64,000 nt of DNA from a virus. This document shows positions 44,673-54,294 of this stretch, piece after piece (within the stretch, counting starts at the first letter, position 1; every line of letters starts with the position of its first letter). Below the pieces are notes generated by a model. The model made no database searches, had not been told where the DNA came from, and worked only from the letters and a program-made list of their open reading frames with translations. Location of the stretch: the IMG/VR virus record IMGVR_UViG_3300035659_000003, positions 1 through 64,000 of that record; one strand, written 5' to 3'. The position numbers and the translations under genes were made by a program.

Positions 44673-46650
44673 TCACGCGCAGGCGAAGTCTGCCGTGTCC
44701 TACCAGCAGCCGCAAGGCCGCCAGAACCAGCGCCGCCGTCGAGTACGAAGCCGTATCTAGCCCTGCGCCGGTGTCCGCTAGCGTGATCAAAATCCGTGCA
44801 ACCTCGGCGCTCACACCGGCGTCCGTCAGGAACAGCCGGATGTCCGCATACTCCGCGCCAGTGCCCGCCTCCAAGACCTGCTTGCTTGCGAACCCGACGA
44901 TCTCCGCTGCCGCGCCGACCTCTGTGGCGTAGTGAAGGATCGCCGCAACATCTGTACCGGAGCCTGGATCGTTGAAGAGCAGCAAGAGCCCGTAGGTGTC
45001 CACGCCCGCGCCCGCTTCTGCAACAGGCAGGTTGAGGAGCAGTGCGTCGGCTCCGCTGCCGACCTCGGCGGCGAAAATCCACGGGATATAGGGCGGAGGG
45101 CCTTCGTCTCCCACCCCAACATCGGTGGTAAGGACACCAGGCATGAACTCAAGCTCTACGCCGAGGCCGTACTCCAGCAGGGTGGCAGGGAGGATGTTCG
45201 CTAGGGCTTCGGTGCCCACGCCAGTCTCGAAGAGTTCCCACAGCTTGTCGTAGATCTCTATGCCGAGACCCACGTCGTCTAGCAGCAGGTTGAGGAGCAA
45301 CACGTCTAGCCCAGAACCCGCCTCAACTAGGGGCAGGATAAGCTGCATGCTATCGGCACCAGCGCCAGACTCCGGCGTTAGCGAGACAACCCCCAGCATC
45401 GAAACTGCATCAAGGCCCTCCCCCAGCTCCGTGGCAGGCCGCGTAGTTATCAGGGGCAGGGTGCCCGTGTAAACGCAGTTCGGCCCCCCGACCGCGTCGG
45501 TCTGGCTCCAGGCGATCATATAGATAGCACCTGGCAAGCTGTTGCTAGGTGTGTTAATCCAGTCCCACTCCTCGCCGGTCGCGTCCTCTTGGTAGAGGAA
45601 TAGCGCGGCCCAGTTCTGCTCCGTTGCCCAGTAAATGGTGCGGGTGACCGCGCCGTCGTCGCGTATCCAGTACATCCGGTAGTAGTAACCGTCCCAGGTG
45701 ATATCGGCTGAGAGCGTCCCGTCCAGCACGCAGACCTGCGTCGGGCCGGACAGCAAGGTGCCGTCTACTCCGTACTTGCGGAAGTAGGGCGTCTCGTTAT
45801 AGATATAGCACACCCCGACGTCGAGGGCCGCATACGTATTGCCCGACAGAGAAAAGCCCTCGCTCTCGTCCGCCACCCACTGCTCGATGCTGGTGTAGAC
45901 GACGGCGCTTGAGCCCCAGGCCACGTCAGTCGCCTTGTAGAGAACCAGCGAGCCGCCCGCGCGGGCGAGAACGAAGGTATAGGCACCCACCTGAATCATC
46001 GACGCCTTGTCGCTACCGCTTGCGGGTAGGACGTTCGGCGTCTCAACCGCGTTCTGCAGCGTCCATGGGGCCTGCGCGGTGAACTGTGCCCAGTCCCGTG
46101 TCGTGGCGGTCTTGCGAAGAGCGAGAACCTGTAGCTTGCCGTCTGCCGCGCCGGACAAGACCGCGTTTCGGTAGCCCGCAGCCAGCGCACCAAAGGAGAG
46201 CGCGATCTCGTTGCTCACTCGCCAGACAGGACTGGCGGTGTAGGTGAGGGTGCGATACCAGACGTCGTCACCCAGGGTCGGGTCGCCCCACCTACTGTAG
46301 ACGACATGGATGTCATTGGTAACGGGATCAGCAACAGCAGAGGCGTAAACGTCCGTGCGAGAGCTGATTAGCGCAGGGGCTGTCCACGTAGCGCCGTAGT
46401 CAACGGTGACAGAATACATCAGCCCCGCCGCGCCCTCTTGGTAGATCACCATCATGGCGAAGGGCGTGGCAATACAGATGGGCGAGTAGGGATGCGCGGT
46501 CGCCTTTTGGCTTGCCGAGGTGTCAACGCAGGTAACAAGCGCGTCGCCCCAGATCGCGGGGATATCAAGACCGGAACCGGCGTCCGCCGCCCCAAGTTCC
46601 GAGGTCTCCCAGGCGTCTAGGAAGTATCTATCTAGGTATGAGGTGTCCAT
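44656..46650 (-). CDS. virion protein: beta-propeller-like domain plus (D/E)xGxGx(D/E) repeats
   Basis: Asp-box-like TVDYGATW; about 14 periodic repeats in the C-terminal third. Confidence 0.6.
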   Translation of the reverse strand: MDTSYLDRYFLDAWETSELGAADAGSGLDIPAIWGDALVTCVDTSASQKATAHPYSPICIATPFAMMVIYQEGAAGLMYSVTVDYGATWTAPALISSRTDVYASAVADPVTNDIHVVYSRWGDPTLGDDVWYRTLTYTASPVWRVSNEIALSFGALAAGYRNAVLSGAADGKLQVLALRKTATTRDWAQFTAQAPWTLQNAVETPNVLPASGSDKASMIQVGAYTFVLARAGGSLVLYKATDVAWGSSAVVYTSIEQWVADESEGFSLSGNTYAALDVGVCYIYNETPYFRKYGVDGTLLSGPTQVCVLDGTLSADITWDGYYYRMYWIRDDGAVTRTIYWATEQNWAALFLYQEDATGEEWDWINTPSNSLPGAIYMIAWSQTDAVGGPNCVYTGTLPLITTRPATELGEGLDAVSMLGVVSLTPESGAGADSMQLILPLVEAGSGLDVLLLNLLLDDVGLGIEIYDKLWELFETGVGTEALANILPATLLEYGLGVELEFMPGVLTTDVGVGDEGPPPYIPWIFAAEVGSGADALLLNLPVAEAGAGVDTYGLLLLFNDPGSGTDVAAILHYATEVGAAAEIVGFASKQVLEAGTGAEYADIRLFLTDAGVSAEVARILITLADTGAGLDTASYSTAALVLAALRLLVGHGRLRLRVIGPGG

Positions 46651-46781
46651 CGTGAGCCTGCTCTAGCCTTTTCGCTTTCTCTACAGCTATGCGCCAGAGC
46701 AGCTTCACAGATGCACCATCCGTCTTGTGCGACAGCCTTTTGCGCCGCTGCTCTTCGCGACGCTCTCCTTTAGTCTCATCC

Positions 46782-47813
46782 CTATTCAACATAGGGGGCC
46801 ACCTTCAGGCTGCCGAGAACGGCCTCCAGAACTGGCACCGCACCCTTCAGACGGGTCTCGTAGTCGCGGATGCGCTGTAGCCGCTTGTCGGCCTTGACGC
46901 TAAGGGTTTTCAGTTGTGCGGCGGTTGCGTCCTGCAGTCGCTGAAGCTGGGCGATCTGATCGCTAGCTCCGCGCAGCCTGCCGTAAGCCGCGAGCAGTTC
47001 CTCGTTCATTTTCGCCAGCTTCTGCTCGCAGGTCTCGACCAGCACGCCGGTGTCGGCTTGCGCGATAATATCCCAGTTAGCCTGTGCAGTAACCCCACGC
47101 CGCCACAAGGATGTGCCGCCCCAGCCCATAGGGTCTTGCGAGCCCGCCAACTGCACCGCGCGCTCTAGTCCCTTGCGGAACCGCGCAGGGTCGTCGTCGT
47201 TACCAGGCAAGGCGAACACGACGGTCTTACCGTAATACTGCAGCCGCTCCCAGGTATGCTCGACCTCCCAGACGGGATCGGTGCCGAACGTGTCCCAGTA
47301 GTCCTGGGGCACCAGGCAGTTGACGTAGGGGAGCCACTCGTCGATGTGTATCTCCGCCATGTGATCAACGGTGTAGCCTCCGTAGGTTCCGTAACGAGGA
47401 TCGAAGGAGAGGCTGATCCAGGCGTCAGGACAGGCCGCACGGATCGCCTGCATGTACGGGTGCAGGTTAGACCACGGCCCCGTCCAGAAATACTGGTAGG
47501 GCTCAACGTCCAGGATGAGCCGGTTGCCGCCCGCGCGGATCACCTCGATAGCGATTGCAGCCTCGGCAGCAGGGTCTAGCCCCTTCGGAACGCACCACGG
47601 AGAGAACAGGATGCCCTGATTCCCGTAGACGGTTTTCAGGTGCGCGACCGAGGCGGCGTTTTTCGGCGCGGCGGGGTGGTTAGAAAACGCGGACATATAG
47701 GACACCCCATCGTGTGTCTTGACCCAGACCTCTCCGATAGGAAGTTTGGCGTCGTCCCCCTCTACCCCAGGGTAGTCACTCTCGAGCTGCCACACCCACG
47801 CGCGTGTCTTCAT
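46782..47813 (-). CDS. glycoside-hydrolase-type endolysin with a C-terminal coiled coil
   Basis: TIM-barrel-like VWVKTHDG, ILDVE, PQDYW. Confidence 0.6.
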   Translation of the reverse strand: MKTRAWVWQLESDYPGVEGDDAKLPIGEVWVKTHDGVSYMSAFSNHPAAPKNAASVAHLKTVYGNQGILFSPWCVPKGLDPAAEAAIAIEVIRAGGNRLILDVEPYQYFWTGPWSNLHPYMQAIRAACPDAWISLSFDPRYGTYGGYTVDHMAEIHIDEWLPYVNCLVPQDYWDTFGTDPVWEVEHTWERLQYYGKTVVFALPGNDDDPARFRKGLERAVQLAGSQDPMGWGGTSLWRRGVTAQANWDIIAQADTGVLVETCEQKLAKMNEELLAAYGRLRGASDQIAQLQRLQDATAAQLKTLSVKADKRLQRIRDYETRLKGAVPVLEAVLGSLKVAPYVE

Positions 47814-47820
47814 GTGCTGC

Positions 47821-48039
47821 CTAGCCCTTCGGCCCCTCCATCTCGCGGATGCGGTTCTGCAGCGTGAGAATGATCAGTTGCTGCCGACGGTTTTCCTTCG
47901 CCTGCTGCATGATCAGGATCGCCTGGTTGCCCAGGAACATCTGAATCTCCTCCAGGGTCAGGCCTGGCAGGGCTGGCCCCTCCTGCGGAACGGGTGCCTC
48001 TGGCACCGGAATCTCTTGTGGCTTCTTCTTGCTGCTCAT
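47821..48039 (-). CDS. small coiled-coil protein
   Basis: TAAGGAGG RBS; GGTATAAT upstream. Confidence 0.55.
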   Translation of the reverse strand: MSSKKKPQEIPVPEAPVPQEGPALPGLTLEEIQMFLGNQAILIMQQAKENRRQQLIILTLQNRIREMEGPKG

Positions 48040-48072
48040 AGCTAGTGCCTCCTTACTACGATTATACCCTAT

Positions 48073-50130
48073 TTAGCGTGTCAGGCCACGGATATACAAG
48101 TCCATTACATCCACGGTGAGAGTCGTGCCAGTACCGGCGGCGGCTCGAACATAGCATGTCGGCGTCACTGGTTGGGTTGGCATAGCTACGTTATGCGTCA
48201 CCTCGCCTGCTGCATCGAGAGTAAGGCCGACGCTCCCTGCAGTGATACGACGAATCCTGATCTTATGCCACGCGGTGTCTATCGGCACGCCAGTGTTGGT
48301 TCGGGTACTATCCACGCCGCCCGCGCGCGTGGTTAGATAGAAGTTCGCGTCGGCGGCACGTTTCTCGATAAAGTGACCGTCGGTTGGGGGCTCGCCCGCA
48401 GGGTCGCGACAGAGCCCTAGCCGAACACACGCATCTGCCGTGTTCCACGGCGCAAACACGAAGGTGATGTCGAAGTAATCCGTAATTGCCAGAGGGTGGT
48501 TGCTAGAGTTATACAGGGCGATCGCCCCATAGTTTCCAGTCCCCGCCGCGATGCTCATATAGAACTGCCCAGGGTGATTAGCGCCGCCGCTGAGGTTGTT
48601 AACAGTGGCACCAACCTGTATCAATGACCAGTTAAGCTCTCCGATGCCGATGGCGGAGGTGCCGCCCATAAACTCATCAAACAAATGAGAGTCAGCGATG
48701 CTGGGGCCAGCAGTGTTGCCCGCACCCAGGGCCACCCACGCCCCATTGACGCGCGCGTGTACGCCAGGAACGTCCGAGTCGTAGAGGATCATCCCGTTAA
48801 CTGCGGTCAGCGCGCCGCGCTGGGCGGTAGTCATGCGGTTCAGTAGAAGCGCACCCGTGGTGGACTGCAGCTCCAGCGTCGCGCTCGTCGCGGGATCGGC
48901 GTCCGCGCCGATTAGCGCGCGCCCGATCAGCCTAGAAATCAGCGCCACGTGCAGTGCGTCATCGGTTTTGAGGACGTTTGCCGCCGAGCGGTAGAGAGTC
49001 GTATCCAGCGCTGCCGCGCCCCCCGCGCCGAAGCTAACGCTCAAGTGCGAGATCTGAACCTTGGGGTTCGCCTCCCCAAGCACATGACCTGCGATCACTG
49101 TGGTACCAGCCGCCAGCGAATGGGTGATGGGGGCCTGTATCGCGATGTTGTTGCTGGCGTTCAGGCCCAGAAGAAGAACGTCAGCGGCACCAGCGAAGTT
49201 GCGTGCGTAGATGTACTGCGCGTTAGGGATACGAATAAGTCCTACCGTGGCCGGAGTCGTGCCGAGCTGAAGGTCGTCGGGGGTCGCCAGGACATTTGCG
49301 GCGGCCCGATACAGCCTGACGTCTACTGCGCTTGCGCCGCCTGCGCCGAACTGGATCTGCCCATGCTCGATGGTCGTCTTGGGATTAGCCTCAGCAGCGA
49401 CATAGGCAGAAAAGGCAACAGTACCACCGATCGCCCCCAGCATCCGGTGGGCGATGGGGGCCTCCATGTGGATTTCGTTGGAGACGTTCAGGCCGAGAAG
49501 GATGACGTTAAAGACGTTAGCCTGCTCGCGGGCCTGGATGTACTGAACGTTAGGAAGGCGAATCTTGCCCGCCGTCGCGGGGGTCGTGCCTAGCTGAAAG
49601 TCGTCCGGCGTAGTCAGTAGGTTTGCGCCACCACGCCCGATCTCTGTGTCGGCGGCAACCGCGCCCGTACCCCAGGCAATCTTCTCCTCCGTCCAGTAGG
49701 AGCGATCCTCTGCGTCGGCCCCGATCCGGCGTGCGATATGGACTCCGGCAGCCAGCGTCCACGTCCACTTGGCAGAGATGGTTTCGGCCTCGTCGATGAA
49801 CGCGCCCGTGACCTCGACGTAGTTGACCGCCACCTGCAGCTCGCTGAATAGTTGAGAGGTGGTATGAAGCTGAACAACCGAGCCGTTCACATGCACCGCG
49901 ATAACCGTGCCCTCGTCGGCGCGTGTGGCTGTGAGCACATCACCTACACGGTTTGTGACGTGTAGGATTTCATCGTTGATGGTGATGTGGAAAGGAAAGA
50001 CTGCCGGAAAGAACGCGCCCTCGCCAGCGTTAAGGGTGACGATGACGGGATCGTCGACGTTGTTTATCCCGCCAAGGAGCGTGCCGGTAGAGCGGTTCTT
50101 AGTCTTATGGAAGATCGTTGCTGCGGGCAT
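48073..50130 (-). CDS. tail fibre/receptor-binding protein
   Basis: Repeated FGAGG...D..LYR..ANVL.T.DD units, LLNRMTTAQR.AL motif, lectin-like C-terminus. Confidence 0.7.
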   Translation of the reverse strand: MPAATIFHKTKNRSTGTLLGGINNVDDPVIVTLNAGEGAFFPAVFPFHITINDEILHVTNRVGDVLTATRADEGTVIAVHVNGSVVQLHTTSQLFSELQVAVNYVEVTGAFIDEAETISAKWTWTLAAGVHIARRIGADAEDRSYWTEEKIAWGTGAVAADTEIGRGGANLLTTPDDFQLGTTPATAGKIRLPNVQYIQAREQANVFNVILLGLNVSNEIHMEAPIAHRMLGAIGGTVAFSAYVAAEANPKTTIEHGQIQFGAGGASAVDVRLYRAAANVLATPDDLQLGTTPATVGLIRIPNAQYIYARNFAGAADVLLLGLNASNNIAIQAPITHSLAAGTTVIAGHVLGEANPKVQISHLSVSFGAGGAAALDTTLYRSAANVLKTDDALHVALISRLIGRALIGADADPATSATLELQSTTGALLLNRMTTAQRGALTAVNGMILYDSDVPGVHARVNGAWVALGAGNTAGPSIADSHLFDEFMGGTSAIGIGELNWSLIQVGATVNNLSGGANHPGQFYMSIAAGTGNYGAIALYNSSNHPLAITDYFDITFVFAPWNTADACVRLGLCRDPAGEPPTDGHFIEKRAADANFYLTTRAGGVDSTRTNTGVPIDTAWHKIRIRRITAGSVGLTLDAAGEVTHNVAMPTQPVTPTCYVRAAAGTGTTLTVDVMDLYIRGLTR

Positions 50131-50216
50131 CCTACCACACTCCTCGTGCTAGGGTAATAGGGATGATAGGGGCGGGTCAGAGCAACCCTGTAGCGAAGTC
50201 CGCCCCTGCACGCCTC

Positions 50217-50738
50217 TTACGAAATTGTGATGCTGAGGGTCAGCGTCCAGCTCGCGCCCGCCGCCTTGGTGCCCAGACCACCGGCGGGAACCAGGTGGTT
50301 CAACATGGCCGAGGCCGGAGGAGCATTCCCGTTGAAGCACCCGATCTCGTTCCACACGTAGTTCGCGTCTCCTGCGCCGAAGGTGCTGCGGAAGGTGATA
50401 ACCGTAGTAACCACCTGTGGATAAGCGACGTCCTGTATGATGTAGGTCTTGCTGGGGCCGTTGATGTCGGTGTCGCCAGGTGCCGCAGCGCCCGCGCCGT
50501 TGCCGACGGCCAGGTAGGTGTTCCCGTTGGCGAACGCCGTGCCTACAGCGCCCATAAGCAAGTCCAGCAACACGTTGATGCCAACGTTGCACAGCAGGTT
50601 GCCGTCCTTCTCGATGACTTCATAAGGCTTAACCGTGGAGAGGAACTTCTCCAGGTCGCCGTCGAAATCCGCCTTGTCGCCCCAGCGCTTCTCAAGCCGC
50701 CAGTGTGCGCGCCAGTTGCCCTTGTCCGTTTGCTCCAT
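50217..50738 (-). CDS. tail collar/fibre-attachment-like structural protein (start trimmed to MEQTDK)
   Basis: NLL.NVG....L, YLAVG.G, NE.G.FN, LNH pattern; GAGG RBS. Confidence 0.6.
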   Translation of the reverse strand: MEQTDKGNWRAHWRLEKRWGDKADFDGDLEKFLSTVKPYEVIEKDGNLLCNVGINVLLDLLMGAVGTAFANGNTYLAVGNGAGAAAPGDTDINGPSKTYIIQDVAYPQVVTTVITFRSTFGAGDANYVWNEIGCFNGNAPPASAMLNHLVPAGGLGTKAAGASWTLTLSITIS

Positions 50739-50782
50739 TGTAGACCTCACTCCTGCTCGTTCTCGGCCCCTAGCGTGCTCAC

Positions 50783-51067
50783 CTAAGCTGGCCACGGGAG
50801 ACCGGCTTCCGCCGCTTCCTTCTTCAGCGCGCGGATGCGAGTCGTTATCTCGATTGCCCGCTGGCGCTGTGCCGCCACCTCCGGCGGAACGTTCCTGAAT
50901 GCTGGGTCGCTTGGATTGCTCAGATAAGCGCACTCTGAGCTGCAGTAGACCTTGCCTAGCACCGTGATGGGATGATCCACCTGACGCTCGCACAAGTCGT
51001 TATCGCAGACGTGCACCCCGTCGCACCCTGGCCGACCACATTCCTTGCAGTGTACCCGCTCAACCAT
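50783..51067 (-). CDS. zinc-finger protein
   Basis: CxxC..C..HC..C..YCS.EC; GGAGGGGAG RBS. Confidence 0.55.
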   Translation of the reverse strand: MVERVHCKECGRPGCDGVHVCDNDLCERQVDHPITVLGKVYCSSECAYLSNPSDPAFRNVPPEVAAQRQRAIEITTRIRALKKEAAEAGLPWPA

Positions 51068-51155
51068 GTCTTGCTCCCCTCCTGTGAGGATGTCTCTTCT
51101 CGCTACCCTTGTGCAGCTATCATACGACAACACCGGCGGTAGACGAAGGGCTCAC

Positions 51156-51186
51156 AAAACGCCCGCGACCCGCCGAAGCGGGCCGC
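51156..51186 (-). terminator. probable terminator
   Basis: GCGGCCCGC-TTCG-GCGGGTCGC followed by GGGCGTTTT. Confidence 0.5.
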
Positions 51187-51220
51187 AAAGCGGAAAGGTG
51201 AGATGCAGAAACTGTCTAGG

Positions 51221-51934
51221 TTAAGGGGTGTCGGACGCCTCGTCTAGTACTTGCTCCGCCCAAGCACACCAGGTAACGGCCTCCCCCAGGATATCCGAAT
51301 CCATAAGAGCCGTCTCCCCCTGAGCCGCGAGATATGCCCTCTCGTAGCATTGCAGAAAGGCTTCTAACTCCCCCGCTGCGGCGTCGTCGCGGGCAACACT
51401 GCCCCTCGCGTCGAGAAACTGCCTCACCCCACGGAGAACCGTGGTAAAGGGCGAGGATTCATATTCTGAGGTGGCCGCGCGCAGGTCATCAGCAGCCCCA
51501 CGCGGGAGAAGGAGATGATCAACGCGCCGCTCGTCCTCGGCCAGCGCCTTGAACGCGTTATCAAGGTCTGCCTCGGTTAGGGCAGGGTCTCTCCCCTTCG
51601 CACCTGGGGGAAGGGCGAGCACGTCGCGCCGAGTCAGCTCGTCCAAGTGGAAGTGCAGCTCGTCGTACAGGGGATTGCCTTCCTGCATAGTGATGCGCAC
51701 TAGCGCGCCGTCCTTGTGCACAAACAGAACCGTACCGAAGTCCCCGAAGAACTGAGAAGACTTATTGCTGATCGTAACAGAGTCACCGATCTGGAGCGCC
51801 CGCTCCTCGCTCGTCCGGCGGTTGTGAAGGAGCGCGTCCAGGTCTGCGTGGTGCCAGCGCAACTCGTGCGCGGGGATCACGCAGTCCCTTGGATCGTCGT
51901 GCCAGGTCTTGGCGTCTAGCGGGTTGAATATCAT
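51221..51934 (-). CDS. hypothetical protein with a KOW/SH3-like segment
   Basis: LQIGDSVTI...GDFGTV. Confidence 0.55.
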   Translation of the reverse strand: MIFNPLDAKTWHDDPRDCVIPAHELRWHHADLDALLHNRRTSEERALQIGDSVTISNKSSQFFGDFGTVLFVHKDGALVRITMQEGNPLYDELHFHLDELTRRDVLALPPGAKGRDPALTEADLDNAFKALAEDERRVDHLLLPRGAADDLRAATSEYESSPFTTVLRGVRQFLDARGSVARDDAAAGELEAFLQCYERAYLAAQGETALMDSDILGEAVTWCAWAEQVLDEASDTP

Positions 51935-51937
51935 CCC

Positions 51938-52276
51938 CTAGTACTCCGGCGCAGGCTCCGTCGGCGGCAGCCTGTCCATGCACGCAAGGATGGCCGCGCT
52001 GAGTTCGTCGGGGAAGTAGTCGGGGTCGTTAAGCATGTCTTCCTCCAGCGCCAGGAACTCGCCGATGCTGACGTTCGCCTCTAGCTCCCGCAGGGTGCAA
52101 TGGCAGTAGGGCAGGAAGTCAGGATCAAACGACGTCGCCTCCGAGCAGCCCACAATGAAGAGGTCTTTGACTGCCTGCGGATAGCGACCGACTTCACCGC
52201 CCCCGCCGCCGCCGGAACAGGCTGCAAACAGGGCCATCGTCAGGGCGATTACGCCCAGAATAAGAACGTGCTTCAT
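51938..52276 (-). CDS. lipoprotein
   Basis: Signal peptide with LFAAC lipobox, Gly linker, C...CxC...C domain. Confidence 0.75.
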   Translation of the reverse strand: MKHVLILGVIALTMALFAACSGGGGGGEVGRYPQAVKDLFIVGCSEATSFDPDFLPYCHCTLRELEANVSIGEFLALEEDMLNDPDYFPDELSAAILACMDRLPPTEPAPEY

Positions 52277-52445
52277 GAGGTGCCTCCTTCAATAAACAAG
52301 GGGAGGGCCGCGTCCGACGGTGTAGGCTCGGCTACCGGCGCGCGGAACCCGACATCGGCGGGCGCGGACTGCTCCCCGCCTAATCTTACGCCTGATTGCC
52401 GTATCACTCTAGACCCCGCCCTCTTCCAGCTCTTCACCACTCTGA

Positions 52446-52775
52446 TCACCCACCTTTCACTGATATAGACGGTGCCAGTAGCCCTGTGTTACACCTTTTC
52501 GGTGGGTTTTTCACTTTTTCTTGCAGGCCTAGCCGTGCCCGCTGACTGCCGGTCAGTTGCCGGAGCTGCTTAGGCCGGAACGGATACCAGACACCCCCTT
52601 CAACAGGAAACCCCCACGCCTGCAGGACGCGCACGGAGCGGGGGTCAAACGACACGAGCAGCCACCGCCCCTCCAGAACGGCCTCCACCTTGACTAGGTG
52701 ATCGTTGATCAGCAGGCAGTCGGGGTCGGAGAGGTAGTAGTGGTCGCCAACCCGAATCGTCGCGATCTGGGCCAT
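52446..52775 (-). CDS. hypothetical protein
   Basis: GGAG RBS before MAQIAT. Confidence 0.5.
   Translation of the reverse strand: MAQIATIRVGDHYYLSDPDCLLINDHLVKVEAVLEGRWLLVSFDPRSVRVLQAWGFPVEGGVWYPFRPKQLRQLTGSQRARLGLQEKVKNPPKRCNTGLLAPSISVKGG
52458..52492 (-). promoter_or_regulatory. ECF-type promoter GTAAC-N16-CGTCTATATCAGTG
   Basis: One of three copies with identical spacing. Confidence 0.7.
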
Positions 52776-53091
52776 TAGCGTATCTCCAGCCACACGGCCA
52801 GGGCGATCACGAGCATCGTCCCCACGCCCCATAGCTCCAGGATGATCAGCCAGGCCGGTAGGTCAAACCACATCCTAGAACCGCTCCTGCAGGGTCTGGC
52901 GTGATATGTAGGGCAGGCTGCCCAGCGCCGCCGACACGCGTGCGTAGAGCTGCGGCGCGTCGCGCTCCCCGAAGGGCGCGCCGAAGTCTGCGATGACCGA
53001 CTCCGTGCACACAGAGCAGGCGTACAGATCACCGCTCCGAATCAGCTCGCCCTCGCGAACGAAAACGCCGATCTCCTGGCACCGCATCGGA

Positions 53092-53397
53092 CTACCACAT
53101 AGTGGACACACAAGCAGCATCTCGGCTCCCCTTTCTGTATAGCGCCCATTCGTCCTCGACCTTGAACGCCTGGTATGCGTTGACGTTCGGAATCTGGCCT
53201 CGGATAAGCGCCTTCAACGTCTCGTCAGTAATCGCCGCACGGATTTCCTTGAGGCACGTGCGGCACGTCGCCCTATCAATATCGCCAGTGACGTTGGCGG
53301 GATTACGGAGCGTCTGCTCGCACAGGGTGTGGAACCGCACCAACATCTCCCCGTGCCCCTGGCGCGTGAAGGCTTGTCCTAGATGGATAACGCTCAA
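53092..53397 (-). CDS. zinc-finger protein
   Basis: H...TLC...TCRTC; TTGA overlap. Confidence 0.5.
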   Translation of the reverse strand: MSVIHLGQAFTRQGHGEMLVRFHTLCEQTLRNPANVTGDIDRATCRTCLKEIRAAITDETLKALIRGQIPNVNAYQAFKVEDEWALYRKGSRDAACVSTMW

Positions 53398-53633
53398 ACT
53401 ACCTCCGCCTCGAAGCCGGACTCGTGGAGCATCGTCGCCAGCTTGTGCGCGTTCTCGACGGCGCATCCGGCGGAGACCCCCGTGACCGTCGACTCATCGC
53501 GCGCGGTATTGACCGAGACGCCGCCTTCAGGGAAGACGCGCTTGAAGTCGCGCGTCAGCTCGTCGTTGTTAGGCAGCTTCTCGTGGATCACGTAGGCGTG
53601 ATACTTGCCGAACATGAACCGAACCGTAGGCAT

Positions 53634-53945
53634 CTAAACTACCCCCAACCGCGCCAGGTTGTATCCCGCGCGGACGCCGCGCCCATGCTTGCAGAGGGTG
53701 CTGCCGAACATGTGCCGGAACTCGTAATCGCCGCAAATGCACGTGAGCGTGGGCCGTTCGGGTTCCAGGTAGATGCGGTAGTGGCGGCCCTCCGGCGAGG
53801 TCAGGCCGATGTAGCCCCGCGCTGACCGGCGGTGGAAGCGGTAGAATACCAACACATCCAGCGCTTTCGGATCGAGGTTTCTCAGCCATCCCCCGCGCCG
53901 ATGGATGTTGCGCCGCTGCAACCTGGGCCAGGTAAGGGCTGTCAC
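53634..53945 (-). CDS. SWIM zinc-finger protein
   Basis: CICGDY.FR......CKH. Confidence 0.7.
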   Translation of the reverse strand: MTALTWPRLQRRNIHRRGGWLRNLDPKALDVLVFYRFHRRSARGYIGLTSPEGRHYRIYLEPERPTLTCICGDYEFRHMFGSTLCKHGRGVRAGYNLARLGVV

Positions 53946-53947
53946 CG

Positions 53948-54238
53948 CTAGACCTCCCGCGTGTAATGCAAGGCCTCGAGCCGCTCGCCGAGGCGCTTGA
54001 CGTAGTCATCCACACCCGTGTAACCAGCGTGGCCCCTGGCGTAGACCTTCCAGCCGTAGTCGTGGGAGCCTGTGTCACTGCGGAACCACACCGCGTAGCG
54101 CCGCAGAACGACCCCATTGCTCCGCACGGCGTACTCCCTGACGCGCGCGCTAACGAGATCGTCGTCCGGAGTGTCCCACTCCTTGCGCCAGCGGGCCAGG
54201 ATCGTCGTTCCCTTAGTTGTCAACTTCGCCATAATCAT
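53948..54238 (-). CDS. hypothetical protein
   Basis: First gene after the promoter at 54246-54280; GGAGG RBS. Confidence 0.55.
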   Translation of the reverse strand: MIMAKLTTKGTTILARWRKEWDTPDDDLVSARVREYAVRSNGVVLRRYAVWFRSDTGSHDYGWKVYARGHAGYTGVDDYVKRLGERLEALHYTREV

Positions 54239-54245
54239 CCACCTC

Positions 54246-54280
54246 CACTGATATAGACGGTGGTGGGCGAAGATCGTTAC
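54246..54280 (-). promoter_or_regulatory. ECF-type promoter GTAAC-N16-CGTCTATATCAGTG
   Basis: Intergenic; same motif and spacing as the other copies. Confidence 0.72.
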
Positions 54281-54294
54281 GCCTTTTTGCGCGA

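Noticed and set aside
51140-51166. CGTCTA as a further ECF promoter copy
   Set aside because: No GTAAC/GTGAC at the 16-17 bp spacing
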